Source: Candidatus Hydrothermarchaeum profundi
GTDB taxonomy: Archaea; Hydrothermarchaeota; Hydrothermarchaeia; Hydrothermarchaeales; Hydrothermarchaeaceae
Length of the DNA: 64,000 nt
Assembly (NCBI GenBank): GCA_002011125.2
Contig: MTMF02000009.1
Coordinates: 224,001 to 288,000 of the forward strand
Direction: 5' to 3'
Shown: positions 9,267 to 19,799 of the stretch, one piece after another
How positions within the stretch are numbered: the stretch's first letter is position 1
Layout: the number at the start of each line of letters is the position of its first letter
Position numbers and translations under genes: made by a program
Notes under the pieces: generated by a model
What the model saw: only the letters and a program-made list of their open reading frames with translations
Database searches by the model: none
Told to the model about the DNA's origin: nothing

Positions 9267-9887
9267 GTGGGAAGAACATTGCAAATTTCATGCATAATAG
9301 TTGCTGGCGGAAAAAGTAGTAGGATGGGTTACGACAAAAAGTTTATTGAGCTTAATGGGTCTATCTTTCTAGAGTATGCTATTAGGGCAGCCGAGAAGAT
9401 AGCAGATGAGATAATAATTGTGGTAGGTTCTAACACACAAAAAGATGAAACCCGTAGGTTTACTCATCTTAAGATTGCAGTTGATAAAGAGCTTAATAGA
9501 GGCCCAGTAATGGGTATCCTCACAGGACTGGAAAACTGTAGCCACAATTACGCTGCTGTAATGCCGGTAGATACTCCCCTTATCAACCCTGAGATCTATA
9601 AGTACATGATTTCGTTGTCCCATAGCTTTGATGCGGTTATCCCTAAAGATGGTGAACATATAGAACCGATGCATGCGATTTATCATGTAAAAACAATGAC
9701 TACTGCCTGTAAAAAAGCGTTGAAAAAGGGGGAAGAATCTGCCTATTTAACCGTGAAATATCTTAAGAAAGTTATGTTCGTTCCGGTAGAAGAACTAAGA
9801 AAATTTGACGAAAATTTAATGACTTTCCGCAGCGTTAATACACCGGAGGATGTAAAGAAGCTTAAAGAAATGTTAAAAGGACGTTAA
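9267..9887 (+). CDS. mobA: Molybdenum cofactor guanylyltransferase
   Basis: IVAGGKSSRMGYDK, GPVMGI, VDTP, EPMHAIY, VNTPED. Confidence 0.92.
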   Translation: MGRTLQISCIIVAGGKSSRMGYDKKFIELNGSIFLEYAIRAAEKIADEIIIVVGSNTQKDETRRFTHLKIAVDKELNRGPVMGILTGLENCSHNYAAVMPVDTPLINPEIYKYMISLSHSFDAVIPKDGEHIEPMHAIYHVKTMTTACKKALKKGEESAYLTVKYLKKVMFVPVEELRKFDENLMTFRSVNTPEDVKKLKEMLKGR

Positions 9888-9888
9888 A

Positions 9889-11130
9889 ATGGATGTTAGA
9901 ACCAGAGGTTTTTATAGGAGAACTCCTGTAGATGAAGCCCTAAATATCCTGCTCAAAAGAGTTTCCCCTATAGGGCAAGAATTTATCGATATAAGCGTAG
10001 CGGTAGGCAGAGTATTGGGGGAAGACTTAACCGCTAAGGAAGATATACCTCCATTCGATAGAGCTGCAATGGATGGATATGCAGTTAAGGGCGAGAATAC
10101 TTTTGGTGCTTCACAGACGAATCCCATTTATTTTAAGGTAATAGGAGAAGCCAGTATTGGAAAGCTCTCTAAACTAGAAGTTAGAGAATTTGAAGCGGTG
10201 CGGATAATGACGGGCTCTCCTATGCCTAAAGGAGCTAATGCTGTTGTTATGTTCGAGCATACAAACGAGTTAGACGGGGAAATTGAAGTACTAAAGCCAG
10301 TGCCTCCGGGTAAAAATGTATCTCGCAAAGGAGAGGATGTAAAAAAAGGTGGAACTCTACTTAAGAAAGGCAGAGTACTTAAACCTCAAGATGTGGGAAT
10401 GTTAGCTGCTCTAGGGATGAACCAGGTAAAAGTTCAAAAGAAACCGAGCGTATCCATCATATCTAGTGGAGACGAGCTTACTCCGCCTGGGGAGACGCTT
10501 CAAGAGGGAAAGATATACGATATTAACAGTTACTCCCTAGCATCATATGTGAAGAAGTTAGGCGGAATACCATATATTTTCGGAATTGTGAGAGATAAAG
10601 AAAAAGATATCTCTAATGCTATATTGAAGTCACTGCAACACGATATGATTATAATCAGCGGATCTACTTCGGTGGGTAAGAGAGATATAGTGCCAAAAAT
10701 TGTTTCAGAGATGGGTAAGATACTAGTTCACGGTGTAGCTATTCGCCCAGGTGAACCTACAGGGTTTGGTATTATATCGGATAAAATAGTTTTTATGCTC
10801 CCCGGCTATCCCGTCGCAGCTATAGTTGGATTTGAAACATTTGTTAGACCTGCTCTGCAAAAGATGCAAGGAACTGAGCTTAAAAGCCCTTACCCTAAGA
10901 TAAAAGCATATCTAAGCCGGAAGATATCATCAGAACTGGGGAGAAGAGACTTTGCAAGAGTCCGCATATGGAAAGAAGGAGATAAACTTATAGCAGAACC
11001 TGTTAGGACAAAAGGGTCAGGCATAATCTCAAGTTTGGTAAAAGCGGATGGGTTCATTATCGTGCCTGAGAATACAGAAGGATTGGAGAAAGGAACAGAA
11101 ATAGAGGTGAACTTGTTCGATAGGTATTGA
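9889..11130 (+). CDS. moeA: Molybdopterin molybdo/tungstotransferase
   Basis: PPFDRAAMDGYAV, IMTGSPMPKGANAVV, SGDEL, LPGYP. Confidence 0.93.
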   Translation: MDVRTRGFYRRTPVDEALNILLKRVSPIGQEFIDISVAVGRVLGEDLTAKEDIPPFDRAAMDGYAVKGENTFGASQTNPIYFKVIGEASIGKLSKLEVREFEAVRIMTGSPMPKGANAVVMFEHTNELDGEIEVLKPVPPGKNVSRKGEDVKKGGTLLKKGRVLKPQDVGMLAALGMNQVKVQKKPSVSIISSGDELTPPGETLQEGKIYDINSYSLASYVKKLGGIPYIFGIVRDKEKDISNAILKSLQHDMIIISGSTSVGKRDIVPKIVSEMGKILVHGVAIRPGEPTGFGIISDKIVFMLPGYPVAAIVGFETFVRPALQKMQGTELKSPYPKIKAYLSRKISSELGRRDFARVRIWKEGDKLIAEPVRTKGSGIISSLVKADGFIIVPENTEGLEKGTEIEVNLFDRY

Positions 11131-11208
11131 ATTTCTTACCACAATTTTTTCTAAAGTTAAGCGTCGTTAAGTTTTGCGCAAAATATAAAATCAGAAAGGA
11201 GTGTTAAA

Positions 11209-11427
11209 ATGAAAGAACAAGTAGCTGAGGTTATTAGGCGCATAAGGCCAAACTTGCAGGCAGATGGTGGCGACATCGAATTAATAGATGTAAAGGATGG
11301 CGTCGTGAAAGTTAAGCTGACTGGAGCTTGTGGTAGCTGCCCAATGTCTCAGTTGACATTGAAACTGGGAGTAGAGGCAGCTATTAAAGAAAACGTGCCT
11401 GGAGTTGAAAGAGTAGAAACCGTTTAA
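11209..11427 (+). CDS. NifU C-terminal/NfuA-type Fe-S carrier
   Basis: [14 protein letters not shown]...GACGSCPMS. Confidence 0.9.
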   Translation: MKEQVAEVIRRIRPNLQADGGDIELIDVKDGVVKVKLTGACGSCPMSQLTLKLGVEAAIKENVPGVERVETV

Positions 11428-12707
11428 GTATACTTCTTTAGAGATTTATCCAGAGAGCTTATAGCACATTCAACCTGCTCTTTAGTAATTACAAGGGGAG
11501 GTTGGAATCTGAGAGTGCAGTTGTAGTAGCCTCCTTTACCTATCAAAATTCCGTCTTCCCTCATTTTATTCTTAACCTTATCAGCAAGATCAACTAAAGG
11601 CTTTTTTGTATGTTGCTCCGCTAGCTCAACGCCTATCATCAGCCCTTTACCTCTCACATCACCAACAACAGGATATTTTTCCTTCAGTTCTAGTAGTTCA
11701 TTTTTAAAAAACTCACCGATTTTTTTGGAATTTTCTATTAACCCGTCTTCCTTAAGTGCTTTTATGTTACCGAGAGCAGCAGCGCAAGAAACCGGATTTC
11801 CACCAAATGTCGACAGATGGTCTCCTGACTCAAAGGCATCTGCAATTTCCTCCTTCGCTATAAAGGCGCCTAAGGGTAAACCTCCAGCGATACCTTTTGC
11901 GAGGGGCATTATATCAGGCTTTAGATCCCATATTTCAGATGCAAACATCCTGCCACATCTACCAAAGCCTGTTTGAACTTCATCCACTATAAAAAGAGAA
12001 TCATTCTCTTTGAGAATCTCGTGAATAATCCTAAAGTACTCTCCATCCGGGGGGTGGATTATCCCTCCTTCTCCTAAAACTGGTTCAATAAACATTCCAG
12101 CAACATCTCCGCTTGAAGTTGTGCCGATTATTCTCTCCAAGGACCTAGCACACTCTAGATCGCATTCAGGATATTCTAACCGATATTTACACCTAAAACA
12201 ATAAGGAGCATCGGCATAGGTTACCCCAGTTAAAAAGGGACCCATTTTATTCTTATATTTTTTCTGTCCTGTTAGAGTTAACGCACCAAAGGTCCTCCCA
12301 TGAAAGGAATACGTCAAAGAAATGAACTCCTTTTTCCCAGTATATTTCCTAGCAAGTTTCATTGCTCCTTCAACTGCCTCTGCTCCGCTGTTGGAGAAAA
12401 ATGATTTTTTTAGTCCCTCTGGAGTGATCTCTGCAAGTTTCTCTGCCAGTTCTCCAACAGTCTGCAGGTAATACACATAGGAGCAACAGTGGAGATGTTT
12501 CTCTAGCTGTTTCTTAATTGCCTCAATTACATGAGGATTCCGATGGCCAACATTAATCACGGATAATCCAGAAAAACAGTCAATATAAGTCCTCCCCTCA
12601 GTATCTTTTATAGTAGCCCCTTCGGCAGACTCTACTACAAAGGGATCCATTCCCTTAGATATAGGCATTATAAACTCTTCATACTGCTTTATGGTCTCCA
12701 TATCCAT
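11424..12707 (-). CDS. Class-III PLP-dependent (omega-amine) aminotransferase
   Basis: [42 protein letters not shown]. Start trimmed from the ORF track. Confidence 0.9.
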   Translation of the reverse strand: MDMETIKQYEEFIMPISKGMDPFVVESAEGATIKDTEGRTYIDCFSGLSVINVGHRNPHVIEAIKKQLEKHLHCCSYVYYLQTVGELAEKLAEITPEGLKKSFFSNSGAEAVEGAMKLARKYTGKKEFISLTYSFHGRTFGALTLTGQKKYKNKMGPFLTGVTYADAPYCFRCKYRLEYPECDLECARSLERIIGTTSSGDVAGMFIEPVLGEGGIIHPPDGEYFRIIHEILKENDSLFIVDEVQTGFGRCGRMFASEIWDLKPDIMPLAKGIAGGLPLGAFIAKEEIADAFESGDHLSTFGGNPVSCAAALGNIKALKEDGLIENSKKIGEFFKNELLELKEKYPVVGDVRGKGLMIGVELAEQHTKKPLVDLADKVKNKMREDGILIGKGGYYNCTLRFQPPLVITKEQVECAISSLDKSLKKYT

Positions 12708-12712
12708 CACCC

Positions 12713-13117
12713 TTAAGAAGTCTGTAATATAAGCGCGCCAGGATAACACCAAGATACACACTTAGGCTCTCCATTACAGACATCACATTTCATTGCCTTG
12801 TTAGCATCTTCATCCATATATATACCATTAAAGGGACATGCTGTAACACATGCGCGGCATCCAGTACACTTCTCTACATCTAACAGGGTTCTTCCTGTTT
12901 CTTCGTCTTTATAGAGAGCATCATATTTACATGCTATAATGCATGGAGGATTCTTGCACTGCCTACAGACTGCTGGAACACTTTCTGCATATTTGCTATC
13001 AACATTCACCTTAATCAATGCTTTTTCTGGCCAAAAAACTTCTCTCTTCTCCATCGAACAAGCAAGTTGACACAGCTTACAGCCAGTACACTTCTCTTTT
13101 ATGATTTTAACAAACAT
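12713..13117 (-). CDS. 4Fe-4S ferredoxin-like AOR partner subunit
   Basis: CTGCKLCQLAC, CRQCKNPPC, CTGCRACVTACP, CDVC; directly follows the AOR gene. Confidence 0.88.
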   Translation of the reverse strand: MFVKIIKEKCTGCKLCQLACSMEKREVFWPEKALIKVNVDSKYAESVPAVCRQCKNPPCIIACKYDALYKDEETGRTLLDVEKCTGCRACVTACPFNGIYMDEDANKAMKCDVCNGEPKCVSWCYPGALILQTS

Positions 13118-13119
13118 CC

Positions 13120-15039
13120 TCAAAGTCGCTCCACCTCCTCGGCGAGGTCTTCCATACCTAGCTCTATGAGCTTTTCTTTTTTCGGTATTCCATTTTCATC
13201 CCACTGCCTGAGTTCGTAATATTCCTCCAGCATCTTCTTGAAGTCCTTATACTTTATTTGAACTCCTTTAGTAGGTCCATCCTGAATCGGCTCATTGAAG
13301 ATCCGCCATGGAAGGGCTTCGTCATCTTTTCTCCTTAGTCCCTCACGAACATTGAATAATCGAGTCATGTTTATTATTCTCTCGCTTGTCCTCTCAAGCT
13401 CTCTCCTATCTCTAATATCGTCCCAACCTGTAGCTCTTGCTACTAAATCAGCAATCGGATCAGAAATTGGAGGTAACGCAAAATCACACATTATAGAAGA
13501 AAACTTTAGACCATAATGATGCTGTTGCCTATAAACGATGTATGCCTTACCCTCAGGATTCCATCTTTCAGTCTCAATTGGAATATTCTTCTCACCTTTT
13601 TCTGGGTCAGCATCCAACCAAAATGTACCCCATACTTCCACCCCTATAGGCCATGATCTGAGGTGGCATCCCCCCCTATCGGCTGTTGCATAGGCCAAAG
13701 GCATACTTATAGCAGCCCTAGGTTCATATGCTGGGAGCTCTAGTCCTTTCACTTGCATGGCAAATCTTTCAGAGCCTTTTCCAATCTTCTCAGACGCTCG
13801 TTTTACCCCCTCTGCCAACAGATCTCCTATACCTTCCCTTCTAGCAATCTTATTTACCATTGTGATCATTGCCTCTGAGTCCCCCCATCTCAACTCCACT
13901 CCGTCAAGGTCCTCCTTCGAAAGTATTCCTTTTTCGTAACACTCCATAGCCCAAGCTAATGTATTCCCAGTTGAAATTACGTCCATTCCCATCCTATCGC
14001 ACAGGAGATTTAACGCAACTACTGCCGGTAAGTCTGAAAGATTGCAGTTTGATCCTAACAATGCTAGGGTCTCATACTCCGGGCCTTCGACCATTGAGCC
14101 AGCATACGGGCCTTCCTCTACCTTGAGAAAATTGCTACACGCCATTGGACATTGAATGCAAGCCCTATTTCTGACTCTAAGTTTTTTAACAGCCTCTGGC
14201 CCCAGTTTCTCACCCATCTCTTTAAAAAATCCTGACTGGAAATTTTTGGTTGGAAGTGCCCCCACCTCATTCGTCCAACCAGATAACTCCGGAGTTCCTG
14301 CCTGATCTTTCCAGCTTATAGCAAAAAGTGAGTCTGGTTGCTCTATTAGATGCCGAGTTGTAGTCTCTTTTGCTGCTTCAACAAATCCTTCAGGATCTGC
14401 AACTTCAACCCTGCCTGTTCCCTTTACCGCTACTGCTTTTAAATTCTTTGAGCCAAAAACAGCTCCAGCTCCACCACGGCCGTGCTGCCGATAATACTCA
14501 TGATTAACCAGGGCATATCTGACAAGGTTTTCACCAGCTGGACCTATAGTTAGAACTGAGATATCTTTCCCGTATTTCTCCTTTAAGGCATCCTCTGTTT
14601 CGTGAGTATCTTTCCCCCATAAAGACTCTGCGTCTTCTATTTTTACTTTTTCATCTTTTATCCAAACATAACTGGGGTTCTCCGCTTTTCCTTCAACTAT
14701 TAACGCATCATATCCTGCGTATTTGAGTTCTGCTCCAAAATATCCTCCAGCAAAACTATCCAAGAAAATACCGGTAAGAGGAGACTTAGTTACTAGCGCA
14801 TACTTACCGCATGCTGGTGCAATTGTTCCTGTGAGAGGCCCGGTTACTATTATAGCTTTATTTTCCGGTGAAAGAGGATCGGTCCCTTTAGGTATCTCAT
14901 GGTAAAGCATTCTAGCGCCAAGCCCCATCCCTCCCACGTATTTACGTGCCCATTCAAGGTTTAAGGGTTCATCTACAGCTTCTTTGGTAGTCAAGTTTAC
15001 CCTTAATACCTTGCCCTTATATCCTCTAACAGATGTCAT
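13120..15039 (-). CDS. aor: Tungsten-containing aldehyde:ferredoxin oxidoreductase family protein
   Basis: KSPLTG, GRGGAGAVFGSKNLKAV, CIQCPMAC, EYET, DRGGCH. Start at ATG 15039. Confidence 0.92.
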   Translation of the reverse strand: MTSVRGYKGKVLRVNLTTKEAVDEPLNLEWARKYVGGMGLGARMLYHEIPKGTDPLSPENKAIIVTGPLTGTIAPACGKYALVTKSPLTGIFLDSFAGGYFGAELKYAGYDALIVEGKAENPSYVWIKDEKVKIEDAESLWGKDTHETEDALKEKYGKDISVLTIGPAGENLVRYALVNHEYYRQHGRGGAGAVFGSKNLKAVAVKGTGRVEVADPEGFVEAAKETTTRHLIEQPDSLFAISWKDQAGTPELSGWTNEVGALPTKNFQSGFFKEMGEKLGPEAVKKLRVRNRACIQCPMACSNFLKVEEGPYAGSMVEGPEYETLALLGSNCNLSDLPAVVALNLLCDRMGMDVISTGNTLAWAMECYEKGILSKEDLDGVELRWGDSEAMITMVNKIARREGIGDLLAEGVKRASEKIGKGSERFAMQVKGLELPAYEPRAAISMPLAYATADRGGCHLRSWPIGVEVWGTFWLDADPEKGEKNIPIETERWNPEGKAYIVYRQQHHYGLKFSSIMCDFALPPISDPIADLVARATGWDDIRDRRELERTSERIINMTRLFNVREGLRRKDDEALPWRIFNEPIQDGPTKGVQIKYKDFKKMLEEYYELRQWDENGIPKKEKLIELGMEDLAEEVERL

Positions 15040-15069
15040 GATATAGTTTTTAACTAAAACCAAATATTA

Positions 15070-15708
15070 TTATTTCGGTAATACCTTTTTCGCTACAGCC
15101 ACAGCACTTTTAGAGTCTTCTCCATACCCGTCCGCTCCTATTTCCTCTGCATAGTCTTCTGTTATAGGAGCACCTCCTATTAGTACCTTAAACTCAGATC
15201 TAATCCCTTTATCCCTTAGGATTTCTATGAAATCCTTCATAGCGCCCATAGTCGTAGTCATCATCGCACTTAAACCAATTCCCTGAGCACTTTCTTTAAT
15301 AGCAGTTTCAATTATTTTCTCCAGAGGAACGTCGGCTCCTAGATCGATTATTTCGTAGCCGTTTACCTTTAGCATTATGGTGACTATGTTTTTACCTATG
15401 TCATGAATATCTCCTTCAACAGTCGCCATCACGATTTTAGGGCCTTTGCCATCTTTCTTTGAACTTAGTATATGAGGTTCAAGCACTTCTACAGCGGAAG
15501 TCATCGCATCGGCAGACATCAATACATGAGGCAAAAATATCTTACCCTTTTCAAATAACTCACCAACGACTCTCATCCCTGCCCCATATCCTTTTTCTAT
15601 AGCGTCTATTGGGTTTACTCCCTTTTCTAGCGACAATTTGGCTAACTCAACTGCCTTATCTACATCTCTCTCTATGATAGCCTCTTTCATTGACTCAAAT
15701 ATCTCCAT
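15070..15708 (-). CDS. mtbC: Methyltransferase cognate corrinoid protein (MtbC/MtmC-like)
   Basis: GDIHDIGKNIV B12-binding motif, SAMMTTT, IGGAP, helical cap domain. Confidence 0.88.
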   Translation of the reverse strand: MEIFESMKEAIIERDVDKAVELAKLSLEKGVNPIDAIEKGYGAGMRVVGELFEKGKIFLPHVLMSADAMTSAVEVLEPHILSSKKDGKGPKIVMATVEGDIHDIGKNIVTIMLKVNGYEIIDLGADVPLEKIIETAIKESAQGIGLSAMMTTTMGAMKDFIEILRDKGIRSEFKVLIGGAPITEDYAEEIGADGYGEDSKSAVAVAKKVLPK

Positions 15709-15777
15709 AGCGAGGGTATTTTTTACAAAGTTTGATTTATATGTTTCTGCCTATAATAATTGAAAAAGGGTGGTTAA

Positions 15778-17166
15778 ATGGAGTATAGAACGAGAAGTGG
15801 AAATGGGAAGATCATCAGCATGAAAAAAAGAGAAATAGTACGAGAAATAGAGGACGGAATAAACGATGCAACTGAACGCGCTGATATCGAGCCCCTGTCA
15901 GATTCTGAAGTTGAACATCTATTAGATATCCTACTCCAGAAAGACAAAGTAATAACCGTTAAAGCCGGAGACGAAGTCATTCTCACAAGAGATGGAGGGA
16001 CATTGAAGTATACCGGCTGCACCCGATATAGCGGCGTCCCATTATCAAGAGAACAGGCAGTGTGGGTTGGAGAGAGGATTCTCAGTCTTGATACTATGGA
16101 ATTGGGGCATATAGATTATAGTATCAAACCGGTTAAACCTATTGCTCATGATGAATCGAGTGTCCTCGAGAATATTTTGCTAAGCTCCATTATTCCTATC
16201 TTCTATGGAGCCATGCCAAACCTAGGGCTTTACTTCACTTCGCAAGGAGGGCAGTTTCCAGATTACTCAGCCTTAATGAACAAAGGAAAATTCAAAGAAT
16301 CTCAAGAAGCACTTTATGAAGCAGCCCAGAAGTTAATAGAGGATATAAAGTATGTTTCTAAAGTATTCTCTAAATCAGGAACTGATGGAATAAATCTAGA
16401 TACCGCAGCTGCTGCTGGCGACGCTGAATTTTTTGCTACGTTAAATGCAGTAGAGTTCATTAGCAGAGAAATTAAGATACCAGTACAAATTGGAATGGCA
16501 TCGGAACAAGTACTAGGTCTCCACTGCGAGCTAAAATACAAGGGGGAACTATTGGCAGGGGCATATCCACATATACAAGGAAAGCTAGCTGAAAGAGCTG
16601 GAGCCACTATATTTGGGCCTGCAATAAATACTAAGGTCTCTAAGTCTTTTCCATGGAACCTTGCTAGAGCGCTTACCTTCGTGAAGAGATGCATAAAGGA
16701 CTTAAAGATACCCATCCATGTTAACATGGGGATGGGAGTAGGAGGGATTCCTATGAGTGACGTGGCTCCAATGGACTCGGTTTCTCGGGGGGCTAAGGCT
16801 ATGATAGAGATAGCTAGAGTTGACGGCATATAGCTAGGAGCAGGAGATGTTGGAGGAGTAGACATGACTTATAGGGTATGCTCTGGCATGGGGGGAATAA
16901 GAACTTCTGGAGACCTAGTTGCTCGAGTGCAGCTGAGTAAAAAAGTGAAACTAAAAAAAGCTAAGGAATATGTAGCAAAAAAACTGGGTGTCGCCGTTGA
17001 AGTCTTATCTGACGAGTTCGGTATGAAAAAAATTAGAGAGGAATTAGATATCGGTTCTCCATTGGCTACCACATATAAATCGAAGGGTATAATCGCCAAG
17101 AAAAATATCGCAGAGATACTCGATCTGCCTATACCCTCTGTAGAAAGATCCTTTATTTCTTCATAA
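15778..17166 (+). CDS. mtbB: Dimethylamine:corrinoid methyltransferase-like protein, pyrrolysine read-through at TAG 16831-16833 (462 aa)
   Basis: ORFs 15778..16833 and 16864..17166 are in frame across one TAG: ...NMGMGVGGIPM...ARVDGI-[TAG]-LGAGD...SGMGGIRTSGDLVAR, matching the MtbB DGI(O)xGxGD Pyl site. Confidence 0.88.
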
Positions 17167-17179
17167 AAATAAGTAAAAA

Positions 17180-18913
17180 ATGAAAGCTGAAACACATTTA
17201 GATGTAATGCTTAATAACTTGGGCGATGGCTCGCTAGAAGAACGCTTTATCAGGGCTAAGAAGACTTTCTTATTAGAAAAACTTGGCAATCTGCAAGAGG
17301 AGCTTGAGAGAAAGGGAGTGGCACAGGACCTGAGATTTTTGATAATGATGCTCTACATATTTGACTTTATAGAAAGAGAAGTCGGAGTGAAATACGCAGC
17401 CGAAATTTTAGACTCTCTCAAGCATAGTGACTGGCCATTTGAATATTTTAAACCCCTATTGCGAAAGGATAATCTCGGAAAAAAAATCGAGGTAGGAGTC
17501 GACCTTAACTATAGGAAGCTAGATCCCACTACCAAAGAAAAAACCGTTGAACTCGTCCATAAATTATGGAGAGACCTACGTCTCTCTGGAAACTTCTCAG
17601 AGGATATCAGTAGAATTATAGAGGATAAAAAAAAGAAATACCGGGCACTATCCTCAGAAATAGAAAAACTGCGGCGTGAGATAGTTACATATTTGACAAG
17701 TGTTAACGCCAAAAAAACAGAGATTAAACTCTTTAATATTGGCATCGTTCCCACCGAACTATGCCCAAATAGCTGTAGATTTTGTCTCGCAGCATGGAAG
17801 ACCAGAACAAGCGAAAGGATCTCAAGACTCTTAAGTGATGAAGATTTTAAACAACTTGCTGACCAGATAATAGACTACGCAAATGAGAAGAAAGTGGTCA
17901 TAACCATTACTGGAGGCGAGCCTCTTCTTGAATTGGATAGAGTCCTCTATATTATAAGCAAAGCGGATACCAGGGTCGACCTCTCCACCAGTGGTTTTTG
18001 GGGCGGTGACAAGGAAGAGGCAACAATGATACTCTCAAAGATCGAAAGGGCTATAAAAAATAATAGAAATACCGACTTTAGATTCTACCTCCAGATAAGC
18101 CTAGATTACTTCCACCAAGAGGTGCGGCTGGAAAATGGAGAACTACGCGAAAATATCCCTCTCTCTAATATCATCAATATAATAGAACTCTGCCAAACAA
18201 AATTCACAGATATACGGATATGCCCTATCACTAAATACACTATCTATGAAGACCCATTAGCGTACCTAATTAAGGAGCTTAAAAGTAGAGGATGGAAAGT
18301 AGAACTCTATGAGAAAAAATATGACCTCCGCTTCCAAGTGCCTGTAATCGTAGACGATAAGTTAGTTAGAAAACCCGCATTGCTGATGGCGAAGCTCAGA
18401 GTTGGCAAAGGAAAGCCTCTTCTCATATCCTACTCGGCTGTTGAGAGAATAGGAAAAGCTGAAGCCTTAGAAAAGTTTGAGTACCCAACATTTGAAAGTG
18501 ACGCAGAAAAATTTTTAGAAGGTGAAGCCAGCGGGAAATTTCCAATAACGGGTATTGAAGTCAGCGATGATGGCAATGTATACCCTGGAGCCCATTCTTT
18601 ATACTCTTGGTCGCTTGGTAACCTTTTGGAAACCGATTTAAAAAACATACTTGAGATAGCAGAGCACGACCCCCTAATTATATACCTTCAAAGCAATCCG
18701 AGAAGAATAGTTGAATTCGCTCTAGAATATGACCCTAAAATTGTAGACAAAGCTAAATCCTCATCTTCTCCTATGGCAGCAGTATTTAAAATCCTTGAAA
18801 CACCCGAAGCTAGACTTAGCATTACAAGAATGATTATTGAAAAAGATCAAGAGTATGGTAGAAAAATTAAAAAAGAGATTAAAAATATGAAAACAAAAAC
18901 TTCCTTTAATTAA
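17180..18913 (+). CDS. Uncharacterised radical SAM protein with long N-terminal helical extension
   Basis: TELCPNSCRFC, ITGGEP, QISLD; SPASM-like tail DGNVYPG...LGNL without cysteines. Confidence 0.8.
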   Translation: MKAETHLDVMLNNLGDGSLEERFIRAKKTFLLEKLGNLQEELERKGVAQDLRFLIMMLYIFDFIEREVGVKYAAEILDSLKHSDWPFEYFKPLLRKDNLGKKIEVGVDLNYRKLDPTTKEKTVELVHKLWRDLRLSGNFSEDISRIIEDKKKKYRALSSEIEKLRREIVTYLTSVNAKKTEIKLFNIGIVPTELCPNSCRFCLAAWKTRTSERISRLLSDEDFKQLADQIIDYANEKKVVITITGGEPLLELDRVLYIISKADTRVDLSTSGFWGGDKEEATMILSKIERAIKNNRNTDFRFYLQISLDYFHQEVRLENGELRENIPLSNIINIIELCQTKFTDIRICPITKYTIYEDPLAYLIKELKSRGWKVELYEKKYDLRFQVPVIVDDKLVRKPALLMAKLRVGKGKPLLISYSAVERIGKAEALEKFEYPTFESDAEKFLEGEASGKFPITGIEVSDDGNVYPGAHSLYSWSLGNLLETDLKNILEIAEHDPLIIYLQSNPRRIVEFALEYDPKIVDKAKSSSSPMAAVFKILETPEARLSITRMIIEKDQEYGRKIKKEIKNMKTKTSFN

Positions 18914-19097
18914 TTTAATACCTTGTAATGGTTTATGCTCTACTCATTGGTTGACTTTTATAATTCCAGTCACACCTATCAAGATAAGTATACCTGAGTA
19001 TGGGACTTCCAAGAGTATTCGTCTAACCGATATAACAGCAACATTATACAGTAAGATAGTAAACCTATAAAAGCAACTCTTGTCTAAGAAATCTATT

Positions 19098-19736
19098 ATG
19101 ATTGACCTGAATTTCCTGTTATACTCCTTTATAGCATTATTCATTATAGTAGATCCCATAGCAAACGTTCCAATATTCATGGGCATCCTCTCAGACTTCA
19201 ATAGGGAAACTCGCCGGGAAATTGTTAAAAAGTCGGTTATTATTGCAACGATAACTCTTGTGATCTTTACCATATCAGGAGAGTTTGTATTCCGTTATCT
19301 GCATATTGAAATATACTCTTTCAGAATAGCCGGTGGATTTCTATTATTTATAATTGCAATTGAAATGCTCTTTGGAAAGCGGACAGGTACTGTGAGTAGT
19401 ACAGAAGAAGAAGAGGAAGCAAGGGTTAAAGAAGACGTAGCAATAACTCCCTTAGCAGTTCCTTTACTCTCAGGACCTGGTGCTATTACTACAAGTATCG
19501 TACTATTTAACTCAGCTCAAGGAATTAGTGAACGTTTCATTGTCTTATTTGATATTGGAGCTGTATTCTTTATCTCCTATTTTATTCTATCTAGATCTGA
19601 GAAGGTTTTCGATGCTTTAGGTTACACGGGAACTAGAGTGATAGTGAGGATTATGGGTCTTCTACTAGCGTCCATAGCAATTCAGTTCATTATCACAGGG
19701 ATAAAGGAAGCATTCTTAGGAATAGGCCACGTATAG
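19098..19736 (+). CDS. MarC-family membrane protein
   Basis: IVDPIANVPIF, SFRIAGG, TPLAVPLLSGPGAI, RIMGLLL. Confidence 0.9.
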   Translation: MIDLNFLLYSFIALFIIVDPIANVPIFMGILSDFNRETRREIVKKSVIIATITLVIFTISGEFVFRYLHIEIYSFRIAGGFLLFIIAIEMLFGKRTGTVSSTEEEEEARVKEDVAITPLAVPLLSGPGAITTSIVLFNSAQGISERFIVLFDIGAVFFISYFILSRSEKVFDALGYTGTRVIVRIMGLLLASIAIQFIITGIKEAFLGIGHV

Positions 19737-19799
19737 AAGCTACTAGCCCGGGTCAACTATTACCGATAACGTTTTATTGAAGGCTTAAAAACTAGTTCT

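Noticed and set aside
16834-16920. PYLIS hairpin downstream of the amber codon
   Set aside because: I see no convincing stem by eye, and such an element is not required for Pyl insertion.
16864-17166. Separate 100-aa gene, or mtbB as a nonsense pseudogene
   Set aside because: It is the in-frame C-terminus of MtbB, and the TAG is exactly at the conserved Pyl position.
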